DNA of 64,000 nucleotides from Bacteroidales bacterium (GTDB taxonomy: Bacteria > Bacteroidota > Bacteroidia > Bacteroidales > P3): positions 1,499 to 65,498 of the forward strand of contig JAFWQP010000044.1 of assembly GCA_017509045.1 (NCBI GenBank). The letters run 5' to 3'. This document shows positions 20,217 to 28,897 of this stretch, one piece after another. The notes below the pieces were generated by a model that searched no databases, was not told the origin of the DNA, and saw only the letters and a list, made by a program, of their open reading frames with translations. Numbering within the stretch: position 1 is the stretch's first letter; each line of letters opens with the position of its first letter. The position numbers and the translations under genes are program-made.

Positions 20217-20318
20217 CAAATTTTTCTTCAGATGGGTGTATTTTTTTTGTGGAAATTTATGAATGTGGGGCAATAATTGTGGTGGCTCTTCGTTATAATA
20301 ACTAAAAAGCATTCCTAA

Positions 20319-21785
20319 ATGAACCGTTTAGTTTCTCTATTGAGCATTGTATTGTTGGTGGTCGGTGCCACGCAATTGGAGGCGCAGACCAATGTCACTA
20401 TCCGTGGCGAGGTGGTTAACGGCGCGGGCAAGGAGGTGACGCTGTATAAGTATAGCGACATGCTGACACGCACTGAGGTGATAGTGGACCATACTGTGAT
20501 AAGTGCGGGTCGCACCTTTGAGCTGAAGGCGTTTGCCAACTATCCCACGATGATGATGTTGCAGATAGAGAACTACAGCCAGTCGTTCTTTGTGGAGCCA
20601 GGTAGGGATTACGAGGTGTATGTGCCACGGTTTGACTGGGATGTGAACGAGAAGAAGAATGTGTTTTTGTCGCCAGAGGTGTTGCCGCTGGAGTTTGTGA
20701 ACATGCCTGCCGACGAGCTGAACGGCATGATTTCGAATTTCGAGGCGGTGGTGGCAGATTATATCGATGCCCATAGGGTCTATTTCGATGCTCGTTTTCG
20801 TCCGCAGAAACGCTATTTCGACAGCTTGGAACTGGAGGTGGCAAAGAAGGCTCCCGACACGCGTAACGAGTTCTTCAACCGCTACAAACGCTACCAACTG
20901 GCAAGTATGAAGTATAGCCTGCATTTCAGTACGCGCCGACAGATGGTGAACCGCTACATCAAGGGGCAGCCCATCATGTATTACGACGACAACTATATGG
21001 CATTCTTTACCACGCTGTTTGCCAACTGTGTGTCGAAGGGTACGAACAAGATACCGGCATGGCTGTTAGGCCATTGGGTGAACACGCTGAATGTTAAAGT
21101 GTATCTCGATTCGCTGGGTACGGACACACTGTTGAGGAACGAGCAGGTGAGGGAGCTGGTGGCGCTGGAGGCGCTGCAAGAGGCGTACTACCAGAACCGC
21201 TACTATGAGAGCGACAAGGTAGTGAAGATGATAGAGATGGTGGGTGCGCAGAGCAAATTTCCAGAGCATAAGGTGCTGGCGGAAAGGTTGGTGGCATCGT
21301 TGCGCCAACAGGAAGAAGGATCGGAGGTGCCAGCCTTTGAGCTGCCTGACTTGGACAAGCGGATGGTGCGGCTGGAGGACATGAAGGGGAAGTGGGTGTA
21401 TCTGGCATTTGTGAGAGTGGGCGACCCCAACTGTTTGGCAGAGATAGAGACGATGGCGCACTTCAAGGACAGTGTGTATGCCAAAAATAAGAATGTGGAG
21501 TTTGTGAGCGTCTGTTGCGACAGGGAGTTTCAGAAGATGTACCACTTCTTGAAGAATACCAAGAAGGGGCAGAAATATAATTGGACGTGGCTGCACTTCA
21601 ACGGCAACTACAAGTTGCTGGAACGCTACGGAGTGGTGTCGTATCCCCATTTTATCCTCATCAACCCAGAGGGCCAGCTGCAATACACCGTCACACCGCC
21701 GCCAGCTAGTGGCATCCTGCTTCACGGGCCTTGGCAGCCTAAGCCCCAGTACCAGAACGACGACCAGCCGTTTTTCTTGAGGTAG
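20319..21785 (+). CDS. Secreted TlpA/AhpC-like thioredoxin-fold protein with a long N-terminal domain
   Basis: C-terminal ~150 aa reads FELPDLDKRMVRLEDMKGKWVYLAFV...YGVVSYPHFILINPEGQ. The redox motif position reads GDPNCLAE, with a single Cys. Confidence 0.6.
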   Translation: MNRLVSLLSIVLLVVGATQLEAQTNVTIRGEVVNGAGKEVTLYKYSDMLTRTEVIVDHTVISAGRTFELKAFANYPTMMMLQIENYSQSFFVEPGRDYEVYVPRFDWDVNEKKNVFLSPEVLPLEFVNMPADELNGMISNFEAVVADYIDAHRVYFDARFRPQKRYFDSLELEVAKKAPDTRNEFFNRYKRYQLASMKYSLHFSTRRQMVNRYIKGQPIMYYDDNYMAFFTTLFANCVSKGTNKIPAWLLGHWVNTLNVKVYLDSLGTDTLLRNEQVRELVALEALQEAYYQNRYYESDKVVKMIEMVGAQSKFPEHKVLAERLVASLRQQEEGSEVPAFELPDLDKRMVRLEDMKGKWVYLAFVRVGDPNCLAEIETMAHFKDSVYAKNKNVEFVSVCCDREFQKMYHFLKNTKKGQKYNWTWLHFNGNYKLLERYGVVSYPHFILINPEGQLQYTVTPPPASGILLHGPWQPKPQYQNDDQPFFLR

Positions 21786-21800
21786 GGTGTTGGAGGACGA

Positions 21801-21836
21801 GTCGGACTAGTCGGACTAGTCGGACTAGTCGGACTA
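21801..21836. repeat. 9-bp tandem repeat gtcggacta, 4 copies
   Basis: Four perfect copies starting 16 nt after the stop at 21785. Confidence 0.9.
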
Positions 21837-21947
21837 ATTGGAGTTTTTGATTTCTAACATTTGGTTGTTTATAAAAGATGGCGGGAGGGTGCCGCCATTA
21901 TATTAATTATTAGTATTTTTACGTCTTGAATTAAGTAATCATTGTTT

Positions 21948-24900
21948 ATGCAACGGATTAAGTTTGTTATAGTTATTGCGGTATTGGCAATGCTGGTACC
22001 ATCGGTTTTCGCGCAGAAGTCGTCGTCGGACGAGGCATTGCGTCAGGTCTACCGTCAGGCGACAGACCTCTACCAAAAAGAAAAATATGCGTCGGCGCAG
22101 AATTTGTTTGACCAGCTGATGGCGGAGCCATTGGTTGATGAGGCGATGGCTTGCGAGGCACGCTACTATAGCGCGGTGTGTGCCGAGCGGCTGGGAAGCA
22201 ACGATGCCGACTTCAGGCTGACGGAGTTTTTGCGGCTGTATCCCCGCAGCAAGCACTGCAATATGGCGTATTTCTATCTAGGCAACTACCACTACGCCGC
22301 AGGCGACTACGAGAAGGCGTTGAAATACTACAAGAAAGTGCAGTCGCGCGAGGTGGAATATGGCCATCGCAGCGAGTATAACTTCAAAGTGGGCTATTGC
22401 CATTTCAACGACGAAGACTATGCCGAGGCGAAGAAATGCTTTGCACAGGAGATTAATGGAAAATCGAAATACACGACAGCAGCTCTGTACTACTATGCCC
22501 ACCTGCAATATATGGATGGCAAGTACGACCTAGCATTGCGCAACTTTGAGAAGCTGCAGTCGGACCACAGATTTGCCAAGATAGTGCCGTCGTACATTGC
22601 CCGCATCTATTACTACTTGGGCAAGAACGACGAGCTGCTGCAACTGGCACCGTCGCTGCTGCTGGAGGAGGATGTGTTTAAGAAAAACGAGATTCGCCAG
22701 ATGGTGGCAGAGGTGTATTTTAACCGCGGCGAGTATAAGAACGCACTCGACTACTATACTGCCGCCATGCGCAACAAAGACAACGGCGCTACCGACCCCA
22801 CCCAGACGGTGGCGCCAGGCACTACTCGCAAAGGCAAGAAGAGCAACAGTGCTGCCTTGGTGGCATCGTGCACCCCGCAGGACAGCTACTACCAGATAGG
22901 CTACTGCCACTATATGTTGCATCAGTACGACTCGGCACAGTACTATCTGTCGAAGAAGACGGTGTGTGTGGACAGCGTGGCACAGCATGCACTGTATGTG
23001 TTGGGCGATGTGGACATCAGGTTGGGACGTAAGAACGAGGCGCGAAGCATGTTCTTGCAGGCTTCGACCATGGATTTCGACCCCAAGATTAAGGAAGATG
23101 CCCTGTTCAATTACGCCAAACTATCGTACGAGTTGAACGCCAACCCCTATAACGAGTCGATACGCTCGTTTGAGGATTATTTGAAGAAATACCCCCGCAC
23201 CTCGCATAAGGCGGAGGTGCAGGAGATACTGACCTCGCTCTACTTCAGCACGCGCAACTATAAGGATGCACTGACGCTGATAGAGAAGATGCAAGAACGT
23301 AGCCCGCTGATGAATCAGGCATATCAGCGCATTGTCATCAACCGTGGTATCGAGGTGTTCAATACCGGCAATATGAAGTCGGCCGCCACCTATTTCCAGA
23401 AAGCATCGCAAATCAACGCCCTGCCGAAGTATACCACCGATGCCTACTACCTGTATGCCGAGTCGCGTTATAGGATGGGTGATGTGGATGCCGCTGCCAA
23501 GACACTCGACCGCTTTATGCTGAGTAGTAATGCCACCACCTCGCCCTACTATCGTCAGGCGTTGTACACTCACGGTTACATCTCGCTGAAGCGTAATAAT
23601 GTGTCGGACGCCATGGACGATTTCAAGATATTCCAACGCTTGGCAGACAAGAGCATCGACCAGCACCAGGTGAATGACGTGAACAATCGCTTGGGCGACT
23701 GCTACTATCTGGATAGCAAATATGCCGACGCTATTAAGTATTACGACAAAGTGATCGAAGCCAACGACCCTGATGCCGACTATGCCACCTATCAGAAGGC
23801 GCTGTCGTATGGAGCCATGGGCAAATATCATGAAAAGTTGAACAATCTGAACTTGATATTCGAGAAATACGGTGAATCGTCGTTGGCGCCCAAGGCCCTT
23901 TTCGAGGTGGGCAACACCTATCTGGTGTGCGACAACAACGATATGGCACTGCTGTACTTCAACAACTTCCGCAACAAATATCCTCAGAATACGTTGGTCA
24001 AGACGGCATTGCTTAACATGGGTCTTATCTACTACAACACCGACCGCAACAACGAGGCATTGGAGATGTTCGACCAGCTGCTGAACAACTATGCCGGCAC
24101 CGACGAGGCACGCGACGCACTGAGCACGGTGAAAAACATCTATGTGAGCCAAAATCGTGTGGACGAATACTTCAGCTATGTGAAACGCACCACCAAGACC
24201 AATGTCTCCACCGTCGAGCAGGACAGCACGCTGTATATGTCGGCAGAGAACCTCTATATGAATGGCGACTGCGAGAGCGCGGTGCGGAGTTTCGAGAACT
24301 ATTTGGACAAATTCCCCGAAGGTCTGTTCCATCTACAGGCACACTACTATGCTGCCGACTGCCTGTTCCGCAATGGCCAAAACGAGCAGGCGCTGCCACA
24401 CTATGAGGCAGTGGCTGCGGCGGGTAGAAACAGCTACACAGAACGTTCGCTGCACAATGCCGCCAATATAGCCTACAACCTCAACAACTTCACCAAGGCG
24501 CTAGACCTCTACAGCCAGTTGGTGACAGTGGCAGAAGGCGACAACAGCCGTGTGGCAGGCCGTGTGGGATATCTGCGCAGCTGGGTGCGGCTGGGACAAG
24601 CCGACAGCATCCGTGCTGCCGCCAACGCCCTGCTCGGCGATTACAAGATTACCGAAGAATTGCGCGACGAGGCCCGCATCTGCATTGCCCGCACCTATTA
24701 TGAAACGGGACACAACTACCGTCAGGCAGACAGCGTATACAGCCTGCTGAAGCACTCCACCAATGGCGACTACAGCGGTGAGGCGTCCTACCGCATAGCA
24801 GAGAGCCTTTTCCTACAGCAGCAATACGACGAGGCGGAGCGAGCCATTGAGGCCATCACTGCCGACCCTGCCAACGACTACTACCTTGCCAAGTCGTTTA

Positions 24901-25109
24901 TCCTGTGGGCTGACATCTTCTATGCCCGTGGCAACAACCTACAGGCAAAACAGACCCTACAGAGTATTATCGACAACTACGATGGCGAAGACCTTGTGCA
25001 GCTGGCCTTGCAGAAACGCAACGCCATACTCGAAGAGGAGAACCCTCCCCAGCAACCCGAAGAGGAGGAAATAGTCATCGAGCTTGAATCAGAAACCAGT
25101 GAGCAGTAA
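21948..25109 (+). CDS. Large secreted tetratricopeptide-repeat protein
   Basis: 1053 aa with a signal peptide and many TPR-like A..Y..G.Y..A repeats along its whole length. First ATG at 21948, since the track start is a TTG. Confidence 0.8.
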   Translation: MQRIKFVIVIAVLAMLVPSVFAQKSSSDEALRQVYRQATDLYQKEKYASAQNLFDQLMAEPLVDEAMACEARYYSAVCAERLGSNDADFRLTEFLRLYPRSKHCNMAYFYLGNYHYAAGDYEKALKYYKKVQSREVEYGHRSEYNFKVGYCHFNDEDYAEAKKCFAQEINGKSKYTTAALYYYAHLQYMDGKYDLALRNFEKLQSDHRFAKIVPSYIARIYYYLGKNDELLQLAPSLLLEEDVFKKNEIRQMVAEVYFNRGEYKNALDYYTAAMRNKDNGATDPTQTVAPGTTRKGKKSNSAALVASCTPQDSYYQIGYCHYMLHQYDSAQYYLSKKTVCVDSVAQHALYVLGDVDIRLGRKNEARSMFLQASTMDFDPKIKEDALFNYAKLSYELNANPYNESIRSFEDYLKKYPRTSHKAEVQEILTSLYFSTRNYKDALTLIEKMQERSPLMNQAYQRIVINRGIEVFNTGNMKSAATYFQKASQINALPKYTTDAYYLYAESRYRMGDVDAAAKTLDRFMLSSNATTSPYYRQALYTHGYISLKRNNVSDAMDDFKIFQRLADKSIDQHQVNDVNNRLGDCYYLDSKYADAIKYYDKVIEANDPDADYATYQKALSYGAMGKYHEKLNNLNLIFEKYGESSLAPKALFEVGNTYLVCDNNDMALLYFNNFRNKYPQNTLVKTALLNMGLIYYNTDRNNEALEMFDQLLNNYAGTDEARDALSTVKNIYVSQNRVDEYFSYVKRTTKTNVSTVEQDSTLYMSAENLYMNGDCESAVRSFENYLDKFPEGLFHLQAHYYAADCLFRNGQNEQALPHYEAVAAAGRNSYTERSLHNAANIAYNLNNFTKALDLYSQLVTVAEGDNSRVAGRVGYLRSWVRLGQADSIRAAANALLGDYKITEELRDEARICIARTYYETGHNYRQADSVYSLLKHSTNGDYSGEASYRIAESLFLQQQYDEAERAIEAITADPANDYYLAKSFILWADIFYARGNNLQAKQTLQSIIDNYDGEDLVQLALQKRNAILEEENPPQQPEEEEIVIELESETSEQ

Positions 25110-25137
25110 TACCCAATAACCATTCATACCGCATATC

Positions 25138-27006
25138 ATGAACAACTTAGTCAAAATAACCCTTGCCATCGTTGCTTCGCTAGCCTTTATTCCTGCGACA
25201 AAGGCACAGTCGGACAGCAACGTGTATAATGAGCGCGTCGTTGTTACCAGCCGCTACAAACCTGTGGTTGAAGAGACGCAGAAAATCAATGTGGCACCCA
25301 CTATCACAGACACTGTGGCCACCATGCCCAAGTCGTTCACTTACGACATCTCCACCCGCAGGCTTACGTCGCTCTACGAGCCTTCGCGCATCAAGGCGGC
25401 ACGTATCATTGGCGAACCTGCTACCAAGCTATACAACAACTATATAAAGCTTGGTTTCGGCAACTACCTATCGCCTTTGGCAGAGGTGTATTTCAACTCG
25501 TTGCGCAGTCCTGACAAGACTTACGGAATCCGAGCCACACACCGTTCGTCGTGGGGTACCATAGGCAGGGCTGCCTCTGACGACGAGCCCCCATCGTCCA
25601 CCCACTATGGCCAGGCTCCTTTCTCGCTCACCGACATCACCGCCTTCGGCAAGCTCATCACCAAGAGCCACCACCAGCTGAGTGCCGACCTTGGCTATCA
25701 AAACGACTTTAACCGTTACTACGGTTTCTCCGACAGCACGCTGCATAGTGTCATGGGGCTGATACGCGACTCTGTAAAGAAACCCTCCTACAGGGCATCA
25801 TACAACACCGTCGCGGCCAATTTTGGGCTCAAGACCCTCAACACCGATGTTCGAGCCCTAGGGTATGAAGCTAACGTCAACGTCACCGACCTCTTTGCAT
25901 CATACAATCAAAACGAGTTCAACATCAACTTCGACGGTAATATGCACTACGGCTTCATGATAGCCCAAAAGCATAAGGCCATCGCTTATTTGCATCTAAC
26001 CTACAATGGGTATATCAACAATTTCAACCCCACCGAACTACCCTTTGGTGCCGACTCCACCCTTGTGGCAGCACTGCCCGTAGAGGGGCAGCCTACCACC
26101 ACCTCCACCCTTAGCAGCCACTCTTACCTAGGACTCTATAAGGCAAACCCCTATATTGATTTCATCTTCTCGGGCTTCCAAATCCATGCGGGTGCAGTCA
26201 TCATGCTCGACGGCTACAACCATCCGGGCAGTGGTAAGGTGCATGTCTTTCCCGATGCCACGGTAGGCAAATCCTTTTTCAACGACCTTATCAATGCCAC
26301 CCTTGAGGCAAGGGGCAATATGGATGCCAACAGTTGGAATTACATCCGTACTATCAACCCATATATCGCTCCCAACAGCCCTGTGCGTGCCACCAGTCAT
26401 TTCGACCTTGCCGCCAAGGTTCGTCTCAATCTCAGCAAAAAAATCGATATTAACCTATATGGTATTTACAGCAATCTGAACGACGACCTCTCCTTCCGTC
26501 TCGACGACAGGTATCACCTCAACAATGTGTTCACGCCTGTCTACGACAGCCTTACCCGCATCAAGTTGGGCGGCAGTTTCGTATTCCTCAACGATGAAAT
26601 GCTACGCCTTGAAGCCAAGGGCAACTACTATTATATATACAGAAATAAGAAAACCCAGCTCGTGGGTGACAAGCGTGTGGGATTGCCATTGTACTACCGT
26701 CCAGACTTCGACGCGGGCATTTGCGCCACGGTCAATTACAACGACAAAGTGATCGGACGGCTCGAATTGCAGCTCCTCGGTCGCACACCCTATACCAGCG
26801 TTACGAACACCTATGGTGTTGATTCTACCCTCTACCTGCCTTTGCGCTATGGGCTGAATATGGAAGTCGAATACCGCCACAACAAAGCGCTCAGCTTCTT
26901 CCTCAAGGCCGACAACCTCCTCTTCCAACGTTATTACTACTGGCAGAACTACCCAAGCTATAGGGCTCTGTTTCTCCTAGGCCTCACTTACACCATTCCC
27001 AATTAG
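25138..27006 (+). CDS. Outer-membrane beta-barrel protein of unknown function
   Basis: Signal peptide (ASLAFIPATKAQS), alternating-strand pattern and an aromatic-rich C-terminus ...FLLGLTYTIPN. Lies 28 nt after the TPR gene. Confidence 0.5.
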   Translation: MNNLVKITLAIVASLAFIPATKAQSDSNVYNERVVVTSRYKPVVEETQKINVAPTITDTVATMPKSFTYDISTRRLTSLYEPSRIKAARIIGEPATKLYNNYIKLGFGNYLSPLAEVYFNSLRSPDKTYGIRATHRSSWGTIGRAASDDEPPSSTHYGQAPFSLTDITAFGKLITKSHHQLSADLGYQNDFNRYYGFSDSTLHSVMGLIRDSVKKPSYRASYNTVAANFGLKTLNTDVRALGYEANVNVTDLFASYNQNEFNINFDGNMHYGFMIAQKHKAIAYLHLTYNGYINNFNPTELPFGADSTLVAALPVEGQPTTTSTLSSHSYLGLYKANPYIDFIFSGFQIHAGAVIMLDGYNHPGSGKVHVFPDATVGKSFFNDLINATLEARGNMDANSWNYIRTINPYIAPNSPVRATSHFDLAAKVRLNLSKKIDINLYGIYSNLNDDLSFRLDDRYHLNNVFTPVYDSLTRIKLGGSFVFLNDEMLRLEAKGNYYYIYRNKKTQLVGDKRVGLPLYYRPDFDAGICATVNYNDKVIGRLELQLLGRTPYTSVTNTYGVDSTLYLPLRYGLNMEVEYRHNKALSFFLKADNLLFQRYYYWQNYPSYRALFLLGLTYTIPN

Positions 27007-27064
27007 TAATACTAATACTACTAGCATGACTAGTTATACTAGTTAGCCTATTCCCCCCAAAAAT

Positions 27065-28402
27065 ATGACCTACCAACAAACCCTTGAATACCTCTTCAAT
27101 TCCCTGCCCATGTACCACCGCATTGGGCAGGCAGCATATAAGGCCGACATAACTAACACCGTGCAGCTCATGGCGCACCTCGGCAATCCCGAGAAAAAGT
27201 TTCGTAGCATCCATGTGGCTGGCACCAATGGCAAAGGATCTGTCTCCCACATGCTCGCCTCCGTACTTATGCAGGCGGGCTATAAAGTGGGGCTCTATAC
27301 CTCGCCTCATCTGGTAGACTTTCGCGAGCGTATCCGCATCAATGGGCAGATGATACCTCAGGAGCTGGTGACCCACTTTGTGGAGCAGCACCGCGATTAC
27401 ATGCAAACGCTGCAACTGAGCTTTTTTGAGATGACGGTAGGGTTGGCATTCGACTATTTTGCTTCCGAGCAAGTAGATGTAGCAGTGGTTGAAGTAGGCA
27501 TGGGAGGCAGGCTCGACAGTACCAATGTTATCACTCCCGACCTTTGCATTATCACCAACATCGGATTCGACCATACCCAGTTTCTTGGTGATACCTTGTC
27601 GAAAATAGCCGCCGAAAAGGCAGGCATCATCAAGCAGCGTGTCCCAGTGGTGATAGGGGAGACCCATCCCGAAACCAAACCTGTATTCGAGCAGCGTGCC
27701 GCCGAAATGCAGGCTCCTATCTACTTTGCCGACGACCACTACCGTATCATTCCTATTGACGAACCTTCACCCTCATCCGATACCCTTGCTTTCCCTAATC
27801 TAAAATTCTCAATTCTCAACTCTCAATTCTCAACTTTCAATTCTCAATTCACCTGTCCCCTCACGGGCAGCTATCAGTTGAAAAATCTCGCCACCTTATT
27901 TCAGGCCTTGGAATTATTGCCAACGGTGGGCTACAACATTGCTGAACAGCACGTCCGCGACGGCATCGCCCGCGTAGTGGAAGACACAGGCCTTCATGGT
28001 CGTTGGGAGAAGATGGATGAGAAGCCTCTCACCATTTGTGAGACAGCTCACAATGCCGACGGAGTGGCAGCCATGCTGCACAAATTGTCCGAAATACCCT
28101 ACAGCCATCTGCATATCATCTACGGCTGTGTCAACGACAAAGACTTCCGCAGCATCCTGCGGATGCTTCCGCACGAGCGCACCACCTACTACTATTCCCA
28201 ACCCAGCGTGCCCCGTGCCCTGCCTGTCGGACAACTCGCCGCTGCCGCCACTGAATTAGGCATGAGGGGTGAATCCTTTCCCCAAGTCGCCGATGCCATA
28301 ACGGCTGCCCGTAGCCAAGCCGACCCCTTGCACGACCTAGTGCTAGTAACAGGCAGCATCTTCCTCGTCGCCGACGCGGTTAAATTGAAAATTGAAAGTT
28401 GA
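27065..28402 (+). CDS. folC: Folylpolyglutamate synthase / dihydrofolate synthase
   Basis: Mur-ligase P-loop HVAGTNGKGS, DVAVVEVGMGGRLDSTN and collinear FolC layout. Carries a heptamer-repeat segment in frame. Confidence 0.9.
   Translation: MTYQQTLEYLFNSLPMYHRIGQAAYKADITNTVQLMAHLGNPEKKFRSIHVAGTNGKGSVSHMLASVLMQAGYKVGLYTSPHLVDFRERIRINGQMIPQELVTHFVEQHRDYMQTLQLSFFEMTVGLAFDYFASEQVDVAVVEVGMGGRLDSTNVITPDLCIITNIGFDHTQFLGDTLSKIAAEKAGIIKQRVPVVIGETHPETKPVFEQRAAEMQAPIYFADDHYRIIPIDEPSPSSDTLAFPNLKFSILNSQFSTFNSQFTCPLTGSYQLKNLATLFQALELLPTVGYNIAEQHVRDGIARVVEDTGLHGRWEKMDEKPLTICETAHNADGVAAMLHKLSEIPYSHLHIIYGCVNDKDFRSILRMLPHERTTYYYSQPSVPRALPVGQLAAAATELGMRGESFPQVADAITAARSQADPLHDLVLVTGSIFLVADAVKLKIES
27804..27850 (-). 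repeat. Intragenic AATTCTC heptamer tract (about 6.7 copies) inside folC
   Basis: aattctc aattctc aactctc aattctc aactttc aattctc aattc, translated in frame as KFSILNSQFSTFNSQF. Confidence 0.85.
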
Positions 28403-28469
28403 TAATTGTCCGGGTGCGGCAGCTAAATTTTTATTTTTTTAATTTTTAATTATTAATTATTAATTTTTT
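28383..28469 (+). repeat. Composite repeat copy overlapping the folC stop codon
   Basis: aattgaaaattgaaagttgataattg (contains the TGA at 28400-28402), then cgggtgcggcagctaaatttt (matching 14470-14490), then an A/T heptamer-like arm. Confidence 0.7.
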
Positions 28470-28471
28470 CG

Positions 28472-28479
28472 TATCTTTG
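28472..28479 (+). promoter_or_regulatory. -7 promoter box (TATCTTTG), about 420 nt upstream of the T9SS surface-protein gene
   Basis: Exact TAnnTTTG match. No credible ORF lies between it and 28898. Confidence 0.5.
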
Positions 28480-28897
28480 CAACGGTGTATAATCTAATGA
28501 AATGTGAATATATATCGTTGTAATACACTGATTTTTAATACAATACCCCTCCCGTTTGGCGTACGGCTCGTCCTGCATAGGGTGAGACTCTTGGGTCGCC
28601 GAGGGGGCAGACTCCTTTTATCCACATACTTCAATACTGTGATTCGCGTCTTTGGAGGCGTGTCCGTTCTTTTTTCACATCCCTTTTTTACATTTCCCGT
28701 TTTACATATCCCCCGCCTATCGGACGTAAGTCCACTGGACCTCCTTAATCCCTTAGAAAAGGGGACGGCTGTCGCATCTTTTAGATGACGGTAAAAAAGT
28801 GTAGCAATGAATAAGACTATTTGCTTATATATCATCTTTAAACTATAAACATTAAACTATTTTTGCAAACGTAATTATTAATCAATACAATAACATC

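Noticed and set aside
23121-24332. 403-aa minus-strand ORF inside the TPR gene. Similar long antisense ORFs occur at 6398-7126, 12334-12966, 13676-14269, 36118-36846, 41307-42053 and 43544-44347
   Set aside because: Each overlaps a confidently assigned gene on the other strand or frame (TPR, FGE, GltS-like, OM barrel, pruA, gap, xerD). Their translations are low-complexity and Arg/His/Val-rich.
28494-28835. 113-aa and 94-aa ORFs upstream of the T9SS protein gene
   Set aside because: They overlap each other on opposite strands within repeat-bearing leader DNA, downstream of the -7 box at 28472. Neither has a protein-like composition.
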